A stretch of DNA of 24,000 bases from Lonepinella koalarum. Its GTDB lineage: Bacteria; Pseudomonadota; Gammaproteobacteria; Enterobacterales; Pasteurellaceae. Every line of letters starts with the position of its first letter. Positions within the stretch are counted from its first letter, which is position 1. The translations under genes were made by a program, and so were the position numbers. Below the pieces are notes generated by a model. It was not told the DNA's origin and did not search any database. It worked only from the letters and a program-made list of their open reading frames with translations. The stretch lies in NCBI RefSeq assembly GCF_042926695.1, contig NZ_CP170642.1:1684019-1708018 (forward strand), given 5' to 3'. Below, one piece after another: positions 1-9,148 of this stretch.

Positions 1-930
1 TCCCATACTACCTTGGTTTGATAGCCAAATAGTTTTAAAATTTGCCGCTTTCGCTAAGGTAATAATATTATACGCATAATTGACTTTTTTAGTTTTTTGA
101 TCTTTCAAATATAAAGAATAAAGTAAAGAATGATAAGTCGCTGGGGCGGCAGAAATATAACCACTATTAATATACCCCTTAGTTTGATCTAAAAATGGCG
201 TGGTTGGTAAATGAAAACCATAGGTTGATACCCAATCTCGTCGGACACTTTCACCAATAATCAGAACATAATTTTTATATTTAGGTTGTACGGAAGATAG
301 CTGCCATGGGGAAGGTATGTTTATTAAATTTTCTAGTTCATTTTTCTCATTATAATAGCTATTAATACTTTCATAAATATTAGTATAGAAAGCAATAACA
401 TTTACGGGAGTATTGGTTAAACTCCAAGCGGTATCTTCTAATCCATCTAGTTGCTTAACATATAATTTTGTCGGCAACCAAAGAATACTAAATAATAATA
501 TTAAAAATAAAATGCTATGCAATATTTTTTTATTATCAGTGGGTTTATTATATTTCTCCACTCTAAATAAAATAAATGCAGAAAAAACAAATATTAGTGG
601 TATAAAAAAATTTGATATTTTCAACTGTTGAAGAAACGATAAAGACTCATCCATATTGGTTTCAATAAAGGCAGCAACAATTCCTGAATTTAATGATCCA
701 TAACGTAAATCTACCGGGTAATATAAAAATAATGTAATAGTGATAAAACCTACCAGCCAAAAGAATAACTTTCTATTTACGGCATAAACTAAATAATAAA
801 CAAGATAAGTACTAACAATCGCATAATGAATGGTACTTTCTGGAGAAATAAAGACTGTTAAAGCAGAAAAGAAAAGTAACCAAATATAGAATAATCTAGC
901 TTCTAAATAACAACGAATTTTTTTTAACAT
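1..930 (-). CDS. Phosphoethanolamine transferase, EptC/CptA-like (sulfatase-type PEA transferase family). N-terminal 310 codons; the gene continues past the left edge.
   Basis: It is absent from the ORF track because there is no stop inside the window. I checked all 310 plus-strand triplets in phase 1 and none is tta/cta/tca, so the minus frame is open from ATG 930..928 down to base 1. The translation MLKKIRCYLEARLFYIWLLFFSALTVF... gives about five hydrophobic helices. It then reads NYVLIIGESVRRDWVSTYGFHLPTTPFLD ... AAPATYHSL ... TIWLSNQGSMG, which from memory matches the landmarks of E. coli EptC/CptA-type PEA transferases. Confidence 0.7.
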   Translation of the reverse strand, partial: MLKKIRCYLEARLFYIWLLFFSALTVFISPESTIHYAIVSTYLVYYLVYAVNRKLFFWLVGFITITLFLYYPVDLRYGSLNSGIVAAFIETNMDESLSFLQQLKISNFFIPLIFVFSAFILFRVEKYNKPTDNKKILHSILFLILLFSILWLPTKLYVKQLDGLEDTAWSLTNTPVNVIAFYTNIYESINSYYNEKNELENLINIPSPWQLSSVQPKYKNYVLIIGESVRRDWVSTYGFHLPTTPFLDQTKGYINSGYISAAPATYHSLLYSLYLKDQKTKKVNYAYNIITLAKAANFKTIWLSNQGSMG

Positions 931-950
931 AATACACAATAAAGAATAAG

Positions 951-993
951 AAAATAAAAAAGTTTCCCAAAGACTACTGTGTTTTTGGGAAAC
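951..993 (-). terminator. Rho-independent terminator closing the tad operon
   Basis: A perfect 10-bp stem, gtttcccaaa (962..971) / tttgggaaac (984..993), encloses a 12-nt loop. On the minus strand it is followed by TTTTTTATTTT. It begins 12 nt after the tadG stop. Confidence 0.8.
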
Positions 994-1004
994 AAAAATA
1001 ATTT

Positions 1005-2576
1005 TTAGTTCTTGTTAAAGGTAGGTTTCTCACTCAATGAATGTCCCACTTCTTCTTCTATACCCACAATTTGACGGAAAGTATTAAGAAGTTGTTGTTT
1101 ATTGCTCGCTTCGTAATAATCAGCACCAACACATTTTTTCCATGCTGTTTTCTGATCGGGTAAAAGTTCATAGCCAAAAGCGACAAAAGCAATTCTTGTT
1201 GGACGTGTGGTATAACTAGCATCTTGTAAAGAATCCAATTTTTGTCTCACTTTCTCACAAAGTCCGTGATTAATAAGATCTATGGTTGTTGTGATTGAAG
1301 TTTCGGCATAAGATGTAATTTCATCTCTCCCATCAGATAATACTAAGAGAATACGTTGTGTATTCGTTTTTAATTTTGCTGGCTGTGCTTCTGGATCATT
1401 ATTTTTATCCATTAAATAATTCGCCCCTATCAATAAGCCTGAACTACTTAATGTCGCACCATTAGCTTTTAAACTACGAAACTTATCATTCAAAGTAGAA
1501 TGCTGTTCCTTAGTAAACCAAAAATCTGTTGTAGAATGATTGTCATTATCTTTTAAACAAAAGTCATTTTTTGAAAAACTAACCGAATATGAAATATCAG
1601 TACCGTTAAAAGAAGCAATTTTATTAATTGTTGCAGATAAATCCACATTATTATTAATATAAGAAACAAGCTCATAAAAGTTTGTTCGATTTGAAAGAGG
1701 TAATTTACTAGAGCGCCCCTTAAAAGAGAAAGGTAAATAACAATAACCTGTATTGTTTTTTTGTTGTGCTCCCAAAGCAAAGGCTGTAAAACCTATACGA
1801 TTAAACGGACTAATATTTCGATTTTCTCTTTCGGCTTTTGATACATCTAATAAATCATTACCAATAGATTCTACCACATCTTTAAGAATCGCTAACTTAG
1901 AATTATTATATAGATATGTTTCTCTATTATTAACATCAGAATTCATAGAACCACTAAAGTCACTCACCAACATTAAATCCAATGGCGCAACTTCATCAAG
2001 ATTTTTCTGTGCATAAATTGCACCAGAAGAAATATTGTTTACTTTTGCAAAAGATAAAGGTTGATCTTTTAAATAGATCCAAGATGGGCGGTCAAAATTA
2101 CCACTCACATAACAAGCTACGGTTTTAGAATTCGCCCCTAAATCGTTATTAATCGTGCCACAATAATAATCATATTGATCTTTAACTTCTTGATTATTCG
2201 GACGGTAAGTATTACCTAAATAATAACTACGTACAATCCCCGAAACTAATTCTTTATTACGCTTATCTTGCTGCTCCATTAATTTTTCTTTAGGATCAAG
2301 ACTATCACTTGGCTGACGTGTAACATCGTAATGTTTTGGATTTTGTCTATTAGCATTATTTTCTGTCACCAAAGCTAAACTTGCCTGTTCCATACCTTGC
2401 ACAAAACGGGCTTTATCTAATAAGAGACCTGAGCCATCTACCGCAAAAGCAATTAACCCAAGTAAAACAAAAGAAAGTATTCCCATCATAACGGTATAAA
2501 CACCACTTTCATTTTTATAAAACTGAAACAAGGTGTTATACCCTGGTTTAGCAAAATAAAATATCTTTTTCATCAT
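1005..2576 (-). CDS. tadG: TadG, Flp-pilus assembly protein with a von Willebrand A-like domain
   Basis: 523-aa ORF. It has an N-terminal TadG-type membrane segment (VYTVMMGILSFVLLGLIAFAVDGSG), a MIDAS-type DFSGS motif at residues 206-210, and later GATLSSSG and LVLSDGRD landmarks. It is the last gene of the locus and starts 19 nt after tadF. Confidence 0.85.
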   Translation of the reverse strand: MMKKIFYFAKPGYNTLFQFYKNESGVYTVMMGILSFVLLGLIAFAVDGSGLLLDKARFVQGMEQASLALVTENNANRQNPKHYDVTRQPSDSLDPKEKLMEQQDKRNKELVSGIVRSYYLGNTYRPNNQEVKDQYDYYCGTINNDLGANSKTVACYVSGNFDRPSWIYLKDQPLSFAKVNNISSGAIYAQKNLDEVAPLDLMLVSDFSGSMNSDVNNRETYLYNNSKLAILKDVVESIGNDLLDVSKAERENRNISPFNRIGFTAFALGAQQKNNTGYCYLPFSFKGRSSKLPLSNRTNFYELVSYINNNVDLSATINKIASFNGTDISYSVSFSKNDFCLKDNDNHSTTDFWFTKEQHSTLNDKFRSLKANGATLSSSGLLIGANYLMDKNNDPEAQPAKLKTNTQRILLVLSDGRDEITSYAETSITTTIDLINHGLCEKVRQKLDSLQDASYTTRPTRIAFVAFGYELLPDQKTAWKKCVGADYYEASNKQQLLNTFRQIVGIEEEVGHSLSEKPTFNKN

Positions 2577-2595
2577 AAAATCTCTTATATAATTA

Positions 2596-3189
2596 TTAAC
2601 GAGACACGCCTAAAGAACTAGAACGTAACATTCCGTCTAATTTAGTACTATCTTTCGCTAATAAGGCTCTAAATAAACCACTACCAATATTCATACAAAC
2701 CGTTACTTGATACAGTGGAATTTTCCGTTCACCGTTAATCTCTGAACGAGGTGATAAGTCTTTTAACTTATCTAATGATGTAGCTGGAGGACATTTGCTA
2801 TCATCTCCTAATTTTGTATGCGGTAAAATTGGTGTTTCCCCCGTAAAAGTTAGCTGTTCCAAAACAATTATCACATCATTGTCATGGCTATTATCTCCAT
2901 ACAGAATTTGTGATGCTAATTTCCGAAAAGTAACTAGATCGCTATTTGTTATTGTTTTACTACCTGAAATTGTCTCATCATACAATTGCCGGCGTTCGCG
3001 CAATACATTCACTAATGAATAAGAAGCATTATCTAATTTACCTAGACTTGAACGCATAAAAACTAAATCTGCCATAAAAGCAAAGATAAAAGCCAACACG
3101 ATCATGATAAGAACAAACTCAATAGCGACCGAGCCTTTTTCATTGCTAGAAAAAAATTTAATTCGTGTAGTCAAATTTCGATCTTTCAT
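2596..3189 (-). CDS. tadF: TadF pseudopilin
   Basis: 197 aa. It has a prepilin-like N-terminus, NEKG/SVAIEF, followed by a hydrophobic helix; this is the TadV-type G/XXXXE(Y/F) processing motif. It overlaps tadE by 32 nt. Its position matches the canonical locus order. Confidence 0.85.
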   Translation of the reverse strand: MKDRNLTTRIKFFSSNEKGSVAIEFVLIMIVLAFIFAFMADLVFMRSSLGKLDNASYSLVNVLRERRQLYDETISGSKTITNSDLVTFRKLASQILYGDNSHDNDVIIVLEQLTFTGETPILPHTKLGDDSKCPPATSLDKLKDLSPRSEINGERKIPLYQVTVCMNIGSGLFRALLAKDSTKLDGMLRSSSLGVSR

Positions 3190-3709
3190 ATTCTTGTACC
3201 ATTACAATTTTTCTTTCTAATAAATGATTCGTCCAACTTGTCGGCAAAAACGGCAGTGGCACAATAGGACTATAATTATATTTCAATATGTATAATGCCA
3301 ATGCTGCATTGCGACCTATCGAAGTAGATGTCTGTTTATTTTGTGTAACTTCTGATTGTATAAAATTTTGATTAGCTAAATGCTCAACACTATCTACATA
3401 TTTCACTTCTACTTCTAATGAATTACGATGTTCCGCTAATAAACCGATGGTTGCACTTTCTAAACTTTGACGTTGCTCCAATAACGTCTTTTTAAACAAG
3501 GTCGCATAATCATTATTGGGTGCCTGTTGGTTTTTAACTATTCTCACACTCTCCGCAATGGCTAAATCCCAATAGGCAGAAATAACTGCTAAGCGACACA
3601 ATTCAAAAATCATAAACACCACAAAAAAGAAAACACCAATTGTGATCGAAAATTCTATACTAGAAACCCCATTAGGGTTTACTAGCATTCTCTTTAAATT
3701 CTTTATCAT
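3158..3709 (-). CDS. tadE: TadE pseudopilin
   Basis: 183 aa. It has an NPNG/VSSIEF motif followed by a hydrophobic helix (TadE-like N-terminal domain). Its position between tadD and tadF fits the canonical order. Confidence 0.85.
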   Translation of the reverse strand: MIKNLKRMLVNPNGVSSIEFSITIGVFFFVVFMIFELCRLAVISAYWDLAIAESVRIVKNQQAPNNDYATLFKKTLLEQRQSLESATIGLLAEHRNSLEVEVKYVDSVEHLANQNFIQSEVTQNKQTSTSIGRNAALALYILKYNYSPIVPLPFLPTSWTNHLLERKIVMVQEYERSKFDYTN

Positions 3710-3733
3710 AAATTAACCTTTTTATCATTTTGA

Positions 3734-4483
3734 TTATTCATGTGCGGTGATTTTTTCTGCCTTTTTTAATGCTGCAATCAGATCATCCGGCGATGTATTT
3801 AAACGCTCTTTACGAATAATATCTAAAGCATAATCTGTATCATTGTTTTTAACTAAAGCAAAAACGAGATTATGAATTAATCGTTGATTTTTCACTCCAT
3901 TTAAATATTGCGGAAGTAAGAGATCCACTGCATTACGGTAATCATTATTAATAATGCTTAACATTGCTATATTATTAATTGCTGTAACATCGTTAAGAAA
4001 AAATTCTCTTGCTTTTCCCATATCCTCTTGAGCATCAGATAAACGCCCCATATGTGCGAAAGCAATACCACGTAAATTATAAGTTTCCGCATTTCTCGAA
4101 TCTTGCTGAAGCATCGCATTGGCAATCGAAATCGCTTGAGGATATTGTTGTAGTTGAATTAAATTTTTAATCTGTAAAATACTCGCTTGAGTGGCTAAAG
4201 GACTTTGCGAGTTTAATAAAGGTGTTAAATATAATATAGAAGATTGATTATCCCCTTTTATGTAATAACTATTTGCTAATTTATAGCGCACATTTGGATC
4301 ATCGTTTATTTTTAATGAATCACGGTAAAGCGAAATTAATCCACCATAATTTCTTGTGCTTTCATAAAGTTTTTCTTTTGCATCAAAATTCTCTGCAGTT
4401 AACGGTTTATTGAAGTTTGCACAAGCCGTTAAAGAAACAACGAAACCTAAAAATAATACTTTTTTAATTAAATTAAAATACAT
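3734..4483 (-). CDS. tadD: TadD, TPR-repeat lipoprotein of the Flp pilus machinery
   Basis: 249 aa. It has a signal peptide with lipobox LTAC (Cys21) and TPR-like helical repeats (YKLANSYYIKGD, YNLRGIAFAHMGRLSDA). It overlaps the tadC 3' end by 11 nt. Confidence 0.85.
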   Translation of the reverse strand: MYFNLIKKVLFLGFVVSLTACANFNKPLTAENFDAKEKLYESTRNYGGLISLYRDSLKINDDPNVRYKLANSYYIKGDNQSSILYLTPLLNSQSPLATQASILQIKNLIQLQQYPQAISIANAMLQQDSRNAETYNLRGIAFAHMGRLSDAQEDMGKAREFFLNDVTAINNIAMLSIINNDYRNAVDLLLPQYLNGVKNQRLIHNLVFALVKNNDTDYALDIIRKERLNTSPDDLIAALKKAEKITAHE

Positions 4484-5330
4484 TTGGAAATACCCTCATT
4501 GCACCTGGTGCTAAAATTAAAATAACGATTGGAAACATAATAAAAACAATTAATGGAATACTCATTTTGGCAGCTAGTGTGCCTAATTTTTCTTCTATTT
4601 CTAACAATTGCATCTCTCGAATATCGGCAGATAATTGCGTTAAATGCGAATAAATTGAAGAACCAAAATTAAGACTTTGCTGCAATACAGTACAAAACAT
4701 ACGAATTTCTTTAGTCGGTAAAGAAATTGCTAGATCTTGTAAAGCTGCACTAAGACCGGTAATTTCAGATTTCCGAATAATACGTAACATCACATAAGTA
4801 AGATCAGGATTTAATACTTCAAAATCGCTTGCAACACGTTTTAGCGCTGCATCAATACTTATCCCCGTCTGTACACAGACAGCCACAAGGTCAACAAATC
4901 CCGGCAAATCTGCCATGATTTTCTTTACTTTTCTTTTTAATACTGAACTGGTTGTCATCCCTGGAATAAGAATAACAAAAACAAATATCCCTGCTCCTGC
5001 CAATACTAATGTAATTAAATCATCTTGTAGGTTAAAAAGATAATAAACACCGAATAAAAAGAATGTTAATAATAACTTAAGTTTTAAATTCTTATCAAAA
5101 ATCCCTAATATCTTAAGCAGCGTATTATTATTTATTAATAATAGTTCTAGCTCAAGTTGTTGTTTATTTTGACCTTGCTGAGTTTCTGTATTATCTTTCT
5201 CTTTTGGTTTTTCACCTGAAATATATTCTTTATTTCGTTCTAATTTCTTCTTAGTAGAAAAGGCAACGAATAATAAAATCATTCCAAATAATGTTAATGC
5301 GAAATAGTATAAAAATACGTTCAATGTCAT
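4473..5330 (-). CDS. tadC: TadC, GspF-like inner-membrane platform protein
   Basis: It has a T2SS-F-like domain and multiple TM helices. I place the start at ATG 5330..5328, which forms an ATGA overlap with the tadB stop (5329..5327), giving 285 aa. The ORF-track start at 5354 adds 8 residues (MVVNEEVN) and is less likely. Confidence 0.85.
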   Translation of the reverse strand: MTLNVFLYYFALTLFGMILLFVAFSTKKKLERNKEYISGEKPKEKDNTETQQGQNKQQLELELLLINNNTLLKILGIFDKNLKLKLLLTFFLFGVYYLFNLQDDLITLVLAGAGIFVFVILIPGMTTSSVLKRKVKKIMADLPGFVDLVAVCVQTGISIDAALKRVASDFEVLNPDLTYVMLRIIRKSEITGLSAALQDLAISLPTKEIRMFCTVLQQSLNFGSSIYSHLTQLSADIREMQLLEIEEKLGTLAAKMSIPLIVFIMFPIVILILAPGAMRVFPNVF

Positions 5331-6211
5331 GTTGACTTCCTCATTAACCACCAAATAATGGACATACCAAAAATTTCACTGCCAAGTACGTAATAAAGAA
5401 TAATACGACCGTTTGGATCATCAATCACATAATCAAAATTATCCGGCATAGTAAATTTCATAATAATAAAAAATATTACTGGGAAAGCGCCTACAATCAT
5501 AGCTGACATACGAGCTTCCGATGTCATTGCTTTCTTTTTCTTTTCCATTTTTTTACTGTCTGCAATCACTCGACCTAATCGAGAAATAACTTCCCGCATT
5601 TGACCTCCTTTATCAAGATTAATACGAATAATCGTAATAAAAAAATAGAACTCTTTATAGGGATAACGGTTATAGCTATCGTTAAAAACTGAATAAGCAT
5701 CTTCACCAATCGACAAACGTTTATGAATAATTTTAAATTCATCACCTAATTGTCCCGGAATATCTCTGCCACAATGTCCTAATGCTTGCAATAAACCCGC
5801 TCCTGAAGACGTTGCTGAGTTCATTATTTGTATTACCTCAGGAAACATTTCTTCAAACACTTTTCTATTATGACGTTGTCCTTTTTTCCAAATAAAAAGA
5901 ATAAAAAGGATTAAGAAAAGTCCAACAAAAACAAGTCTATCCAATTTAATAAATTCATAATTTAAGTAATAAATAATAAAAAATACACTGAATGTAATTA
6001 GAATATTTCTAGTTAGATTCTTATTATTGCCAGAGACAAAATAATATTTCCATAATACTAATTTTGATTTCACTGTTTGAATAAAATTAATAAATGTCTT
6101 AAATGAAATATTACGTTGATTAATTTTCTTGCGCGCAGAAAAGAAAATTGTTGCGGTATAAATAAATAATAATATACCAAAGGCTAGTATTAAGTAATAT
6201 AGAATACTCAT
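5327..6211 (-). CDS. tadB: TadB, GspF-like inner-membrane platform protein
   Basis: It has a T2SS-F-like domain. The start is placed at ATG 6211..6209 (MSILYYLILAFG...), which forms an ATGA overlap with the tadA stop (6210..6208), giving 294 aa. The ORF-track start at 6304 would overlap tadA by 97 nt. Confidence 0.85.
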   Translation of the reverse strand: MSILYYLILAFGILLFIYTATIFFSARKKINQRNISFKTFINFIQTVKSKLVLWKYYFVSGNNKNLTRNILITFSVFFIIYYLNYEFIKLDRLVFVGLFLILFILFIWKKGQRHNRKVFEEMFPEVIQIMNSATSSGAGLLQALGHCGRDIPGQLGDEFKIIHKRLSIGEDAYSVFNDSYNRYPYKEFYFFITIIRINLDKGGQMREVISRLGRVIADSKKMEKKKKAMTSEARMSAMIVGAFPVIFFIIMKFTMPDNFDYVIDDPNGRIILYYVLGSEIFGMSIIWWLMRKST

Positions 6212-7488
6212 TCCATTTCCCCAAAAATACCCGCCAACTCTGAACTTAAATTGAATATCTGTGCATTTTGTGCAACAATTGATCGCTTCAATAAGCCATG
6301 ACAAATAAATTTTCCGATAATTTTACCGTCTTTATCACGGTATTGACTTGGTTCAAAGTTGAAAATGTCCTGCAATATAATTTGCCCATTTTCCATACCC
6401 ATTATTTCAGTAATATTAACAATCTTTCTTGAACCGTCATTTAAACGAGTGGCTTGAATAATAATATTCACCGCAGAAGCTATATTACGGCGAATTGCTT
6501 CAAGTGGAAGTGAAGCATTCGACATCATCACCATACTTTCTAAACGGGCTAAAGCATCTCTCGGGCTGTTTGCGTGCAAAGTTGACATGGAACCATCGTG
6601 TCCAGTATTCATCGCTTGTAACATCTGAAATGCTTCACCACCACGACATTCCCCCACAATGATACGTTCTGGTCGCATACGCAGCGCATTAATCACCAAA
6701 TCTTGCATCGTGATCTCTCCAGTATGTTCAACACCTGCTAAACGTGTTTCTAAACGAACAACGTGCGGTTGTTCTAAACGTAATTCAGCAGTATCTTCCA
6801 ATGTAATAACACGTTCTTGCGGTGAAATATAATTAGACAGGGCATTCAACAACGTCGTTTTACCCGATCCCGTACCACCTGACACAATAATATTCACTCG
6901 AGATCTTGCAGCGATAATCAAAAAATTAGCCATTTCTCGTGACATGGAACCGAAATTTACTAATTCTTGCAGTGATTTTTTCGATTTACTAAATTTACGA
7001 ATAGAAATAGATGTCCCATCTAATGCAATTGGTTGAACAACCACATTTAAACGACTTCCATCAGGCAAACGTGAATCTACCAAGGGAGAAGAATCATCAA
7101 TACGACGCCCTACTCTTGCTACTAAACGTTTTGCAATATCCGTTAATTGATCGTTATCAATAAAGGATTTATCGGTTTTTTCCAACAAACCTGCACGTTC
7201 TATCCAAATATCGTTGGGACCATTAACTAAAATATCATTAACCGTGTCATCAGCCATTAATTCTCGCATTGGTCCATAACCATCAATTTCATCAGCAATG
7301 ATTTCCGCCATAAAACGGGCATCTACTGACGTAATATAAAGGTGATGAACATCAGAAACTTGATATACAATTTGCATGAGTTCATCAATCACTTTATCTC
7401 TTTCATCTTGTATTTGATCAAGCTTCTCAATATCTAAATTACTGAGTAACTCATTCCTAAAAAAGACTTGCTGTTTTTTTGTTAACAT
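6208..7488 (-). CDS. tadA: TadA, secretion ATPase (VirB11/GspE superfamily) powering Flp pilus assembly
   Basis: 426 aa. It has Walker A GGTGSGKTT, Walker B-like ERIIVGECRG and His box TGHDGSMSTLHAN. Confidence 0.95.
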   Translation of the reverse strand: MLTKKQQVFFRNELLSNLDIEKLDQIQDERDKVIDELMQIVYQVSDVHHLYITSVDARFMAEIIADEIDGYGPMRELMADDTVNDILVNGPNDIWIERAGLLEKTDKSFIDNDQLTDIAKRLVARVGRRIDDSSPLVDSRLPDGSRLNVVVQPIALDGTSISIRKFSKSKKSLQELVNFGSMSREMANFLIIAARSRVNIIVSGGTGSGKTTLLNALSNYISPQERVITLEDTAELRLEQPHVVRLETRLAGVEHTGEITMQDLVINALRMRPERIIVGECRGGEAFQMLQAMNTGHDGSMSTLHANSPRDALARLESMVMMSNASLPLEAIRRNIASAVNIIIQATRLNDGSRKIVNITEIMGMENGQIILQDIFNFEPSQYRDKDGKIIGKFICHGLLKRSIVAQNAQIFNLSSELAGIFGEME

Positions 7489-7502
7489 CGAAATTCACCT
7501 CC

Positions 7503-8627
7503 TTATTTAGTCAAAGAATGAATAATGGAAGACAGCAAACTTTTATTTTTATTACTACGGAATGAGACACGTGAAATCGTACCAAGCACTTTCATCACCA
7601 AAGTATGCATTTCTTTTTGTCCAATTCGTTTTAAATTTACAGATAAAATATTGCGACTTTCGGTTTTCTTTAAAAATGGTATAACTGCATCAACAGGACA
7701 ACCTAATAAAGATTCAATATCTGACTTTGCCATTAATTTAGATATTTCTAAAGACGTATCTGAAACACAAATAAACGTACGAATTGATTTTCCAGTGGTA
7801 TTACGAATACGTTCACATTGTTCTAAGAATTGTTTAGCCACTCGCAATGAACTAATACGGCGCTCAACCACCAACACAAAATTATGGCTATACTCAAAAA
7901 AACCAGAAAATTGCTCTGGATGTACATTGAAAATAGGTTGATCATAAACAATAAAATTATATTTTTCGCTTAGTGTACTGTCTAAACTTAGTGGTTCACC
8001 TTTAAATAAATGCAAATTTGATTCATATTCAACAATATCGCCTTGCACTTTTTTATCAAATAAGAGATCTAAATCTTGTGATCCATTGCAACCCTGTGCC
8101 AGTAAAATAGGAACTTTTTTGGTTGCCACAATATTACTTGCTATATGTGAACTAATAAAACTGGCGCCAATCCCGCCTTTACAGCCTAATACACAAATTT
8201 TAATCGTATTTCTAATCTGAGGAATATTAACACCGGCAGAAATAATCTTTTCTGCCATCTGAATTAATTGCGAATCAGTATTAAAATAAAGAATACTTTT
8301 ATTCAATAATTTCTGTGCAATAGAAATAGAATCACATGTCCCAATTAAGCAACACCATATATTTTGTGGCACAATAGCATTAACACGTTCAGAAAGAATA
8401 GCAACATCAGATTCATTTTGGATATCAGCGATAACCCCTACGGTTTCTTCTACCGTAAAAGTAATTTTATCGTCAGTTAAAAAATCTTTGTCAATAATCT
8501 CAATTCGTTCTAAACCACGAGTACGCAGTAATTGTGCAACATAAGTCTGTATATTTTCTCTTTCAGATAGAATAACAATTTTTCGTGCACTATCTGTAAC
8601 AACATTTTCTTTATCAAGTAACAACAT
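7503..8627 (-). CDS. tadZ: TadZ, ParA/MinD-like localisation protein with an atypical Walker A
   Basis: 374 aa. It has an N-terminal receiver-like region and then a deviant Walker A, VLGCKGGIGASFIS. It lies directly upstream of tadA, as in canonical loci. Confidence 0.85.
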   Translation of the reverse strand: MLLLDKENVVTDSARKIVILSERENIQTYVAQLLRTRGLERIEIIDKDFLTDDKITFTVEETVGVIADIQNESDVAILSERVNAIVPQNIWCCLIGTCDSISIAQKLLNKSILYFNTDSQLIQMAEKIISAGVNIPQIRNTIKICVLGCKGGIGASFISSHIASNIVATKKVPILLAQGCNGSQDLDLLFDKKVQGDIVEYESNLHLFKGEPLSLDSTLSEKYNFIVYDQPIFNVHPEQFSGFFEYSHNFVLVVERRISSLRVAKQFLEQCERIRNTTGKSIRTFICVSDTSLEISKLMAKSDIESLLGCPVDAVIPFLKKTESRNILSVNLKRIGQKEMHTLVMKVLGTISRVSFRSNKNKSLLSSIIHSLTK

Positions 8628-8653
8628 AAATTGACCCGTAATAAATTTCCCAA

Positions 8654-9148
8654 TTAGTTTTTCAATTGAATACGATAATTATTTTTCGTAGCACAAGGCT
8701 TATAAGGATCAAAACTCATATGATCTTCTGCCGTATCAAAACGGCAATTTGTTTTCTTTATTCCTTTATGTTCAACTTCAACATATAACGGATAAAGTAA
8801 CTGATCCTTGCTAACACTCTTTATATGAATATTATTTTTTTTAATGCCTTTCGCAATTAATGCTTTTTGAATATGTTCAGCACTAAGTTTTGCCGATGAA
8901 TCCGACCAAATAATATTGACATTTTTACTTTTATCGCTCCCAACATCTCGAACTACATCACGAATGACGTTGTGTATTGCCAAATCAGTATTAGTCGCTA
9001 ATATATGGCGATTAACTAATTGAGATTGCATCGCATATTGACTTTGCGTTGGCTGTACTATTGCCATATCTTTTGCCAATTCATTCATCTGTCCGAATGC
9101 AGCTTGATAGAAAACGCTTACAAATAATCCGGCTAAAATTCTTTTCAT
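8654..9148 (-). CDS. rcpB: RcpB, outer-membrane component of the Flp secretion apparatus
   Basis: 164 aa with a signal peptide (MKRILAGLFVSVFYQAAFGQ). Its start ATG 9148..9146 forms an ATGA overlap with the rcpA stop. The call rests on size and position between rcpA and tadZ; I recognise no diagnostic motif. Confidence 0.7.
   Translation of the reverse strand: MKRILAGLFVSVFYQAAFGQMNELAKDMAIVQPTQSQYAMQSQLVNRHILATNTDLAIHNVIRDVVRDVGSDKSKNVNIIWSDSSAKLSAEHIQKALIAKGIKKNNIHIKSVSKDQLLYPLYVEVEHKGIKKTNCRFDTAEDHMSFDPYKPCATKNNYRIQLKN

Noticed and set aside
424-432. Near-matches to the alternative Apl-type USS (ACAAGCGGT), for example CCAAGCGGT at 424..432 and AAAAGCGGT in the EIIBCA gene (near 21373 and 21597)
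   Set aside because: All are imperfect (8/9 at best) and isolated. The exact 9-mers in this window are all Hin-type, so these do not indicate a second USS dialect.
413-631. 72-aa plus-strand ORF from the track
   Set aside because: It lies entirely antisense to the uninterrupted 310-codon PEA-transferase frame. It is low-complexity and AT-driven, with no RBS, so it is a shadow ORF.
7525-7941. 138-aa plus-strand ORF antisense to tadZ. Similar antisense or out-of-frame ORFs lie at 1553..1780, 1753..2016, 2795..3022 and 11574..11888.
   Set aside because: All are nested inside well-supported tad genes on the opposite strand or in another frame. None has recognisable motifs or an RBS. Such ORFs are typical of AT-rich sequence.
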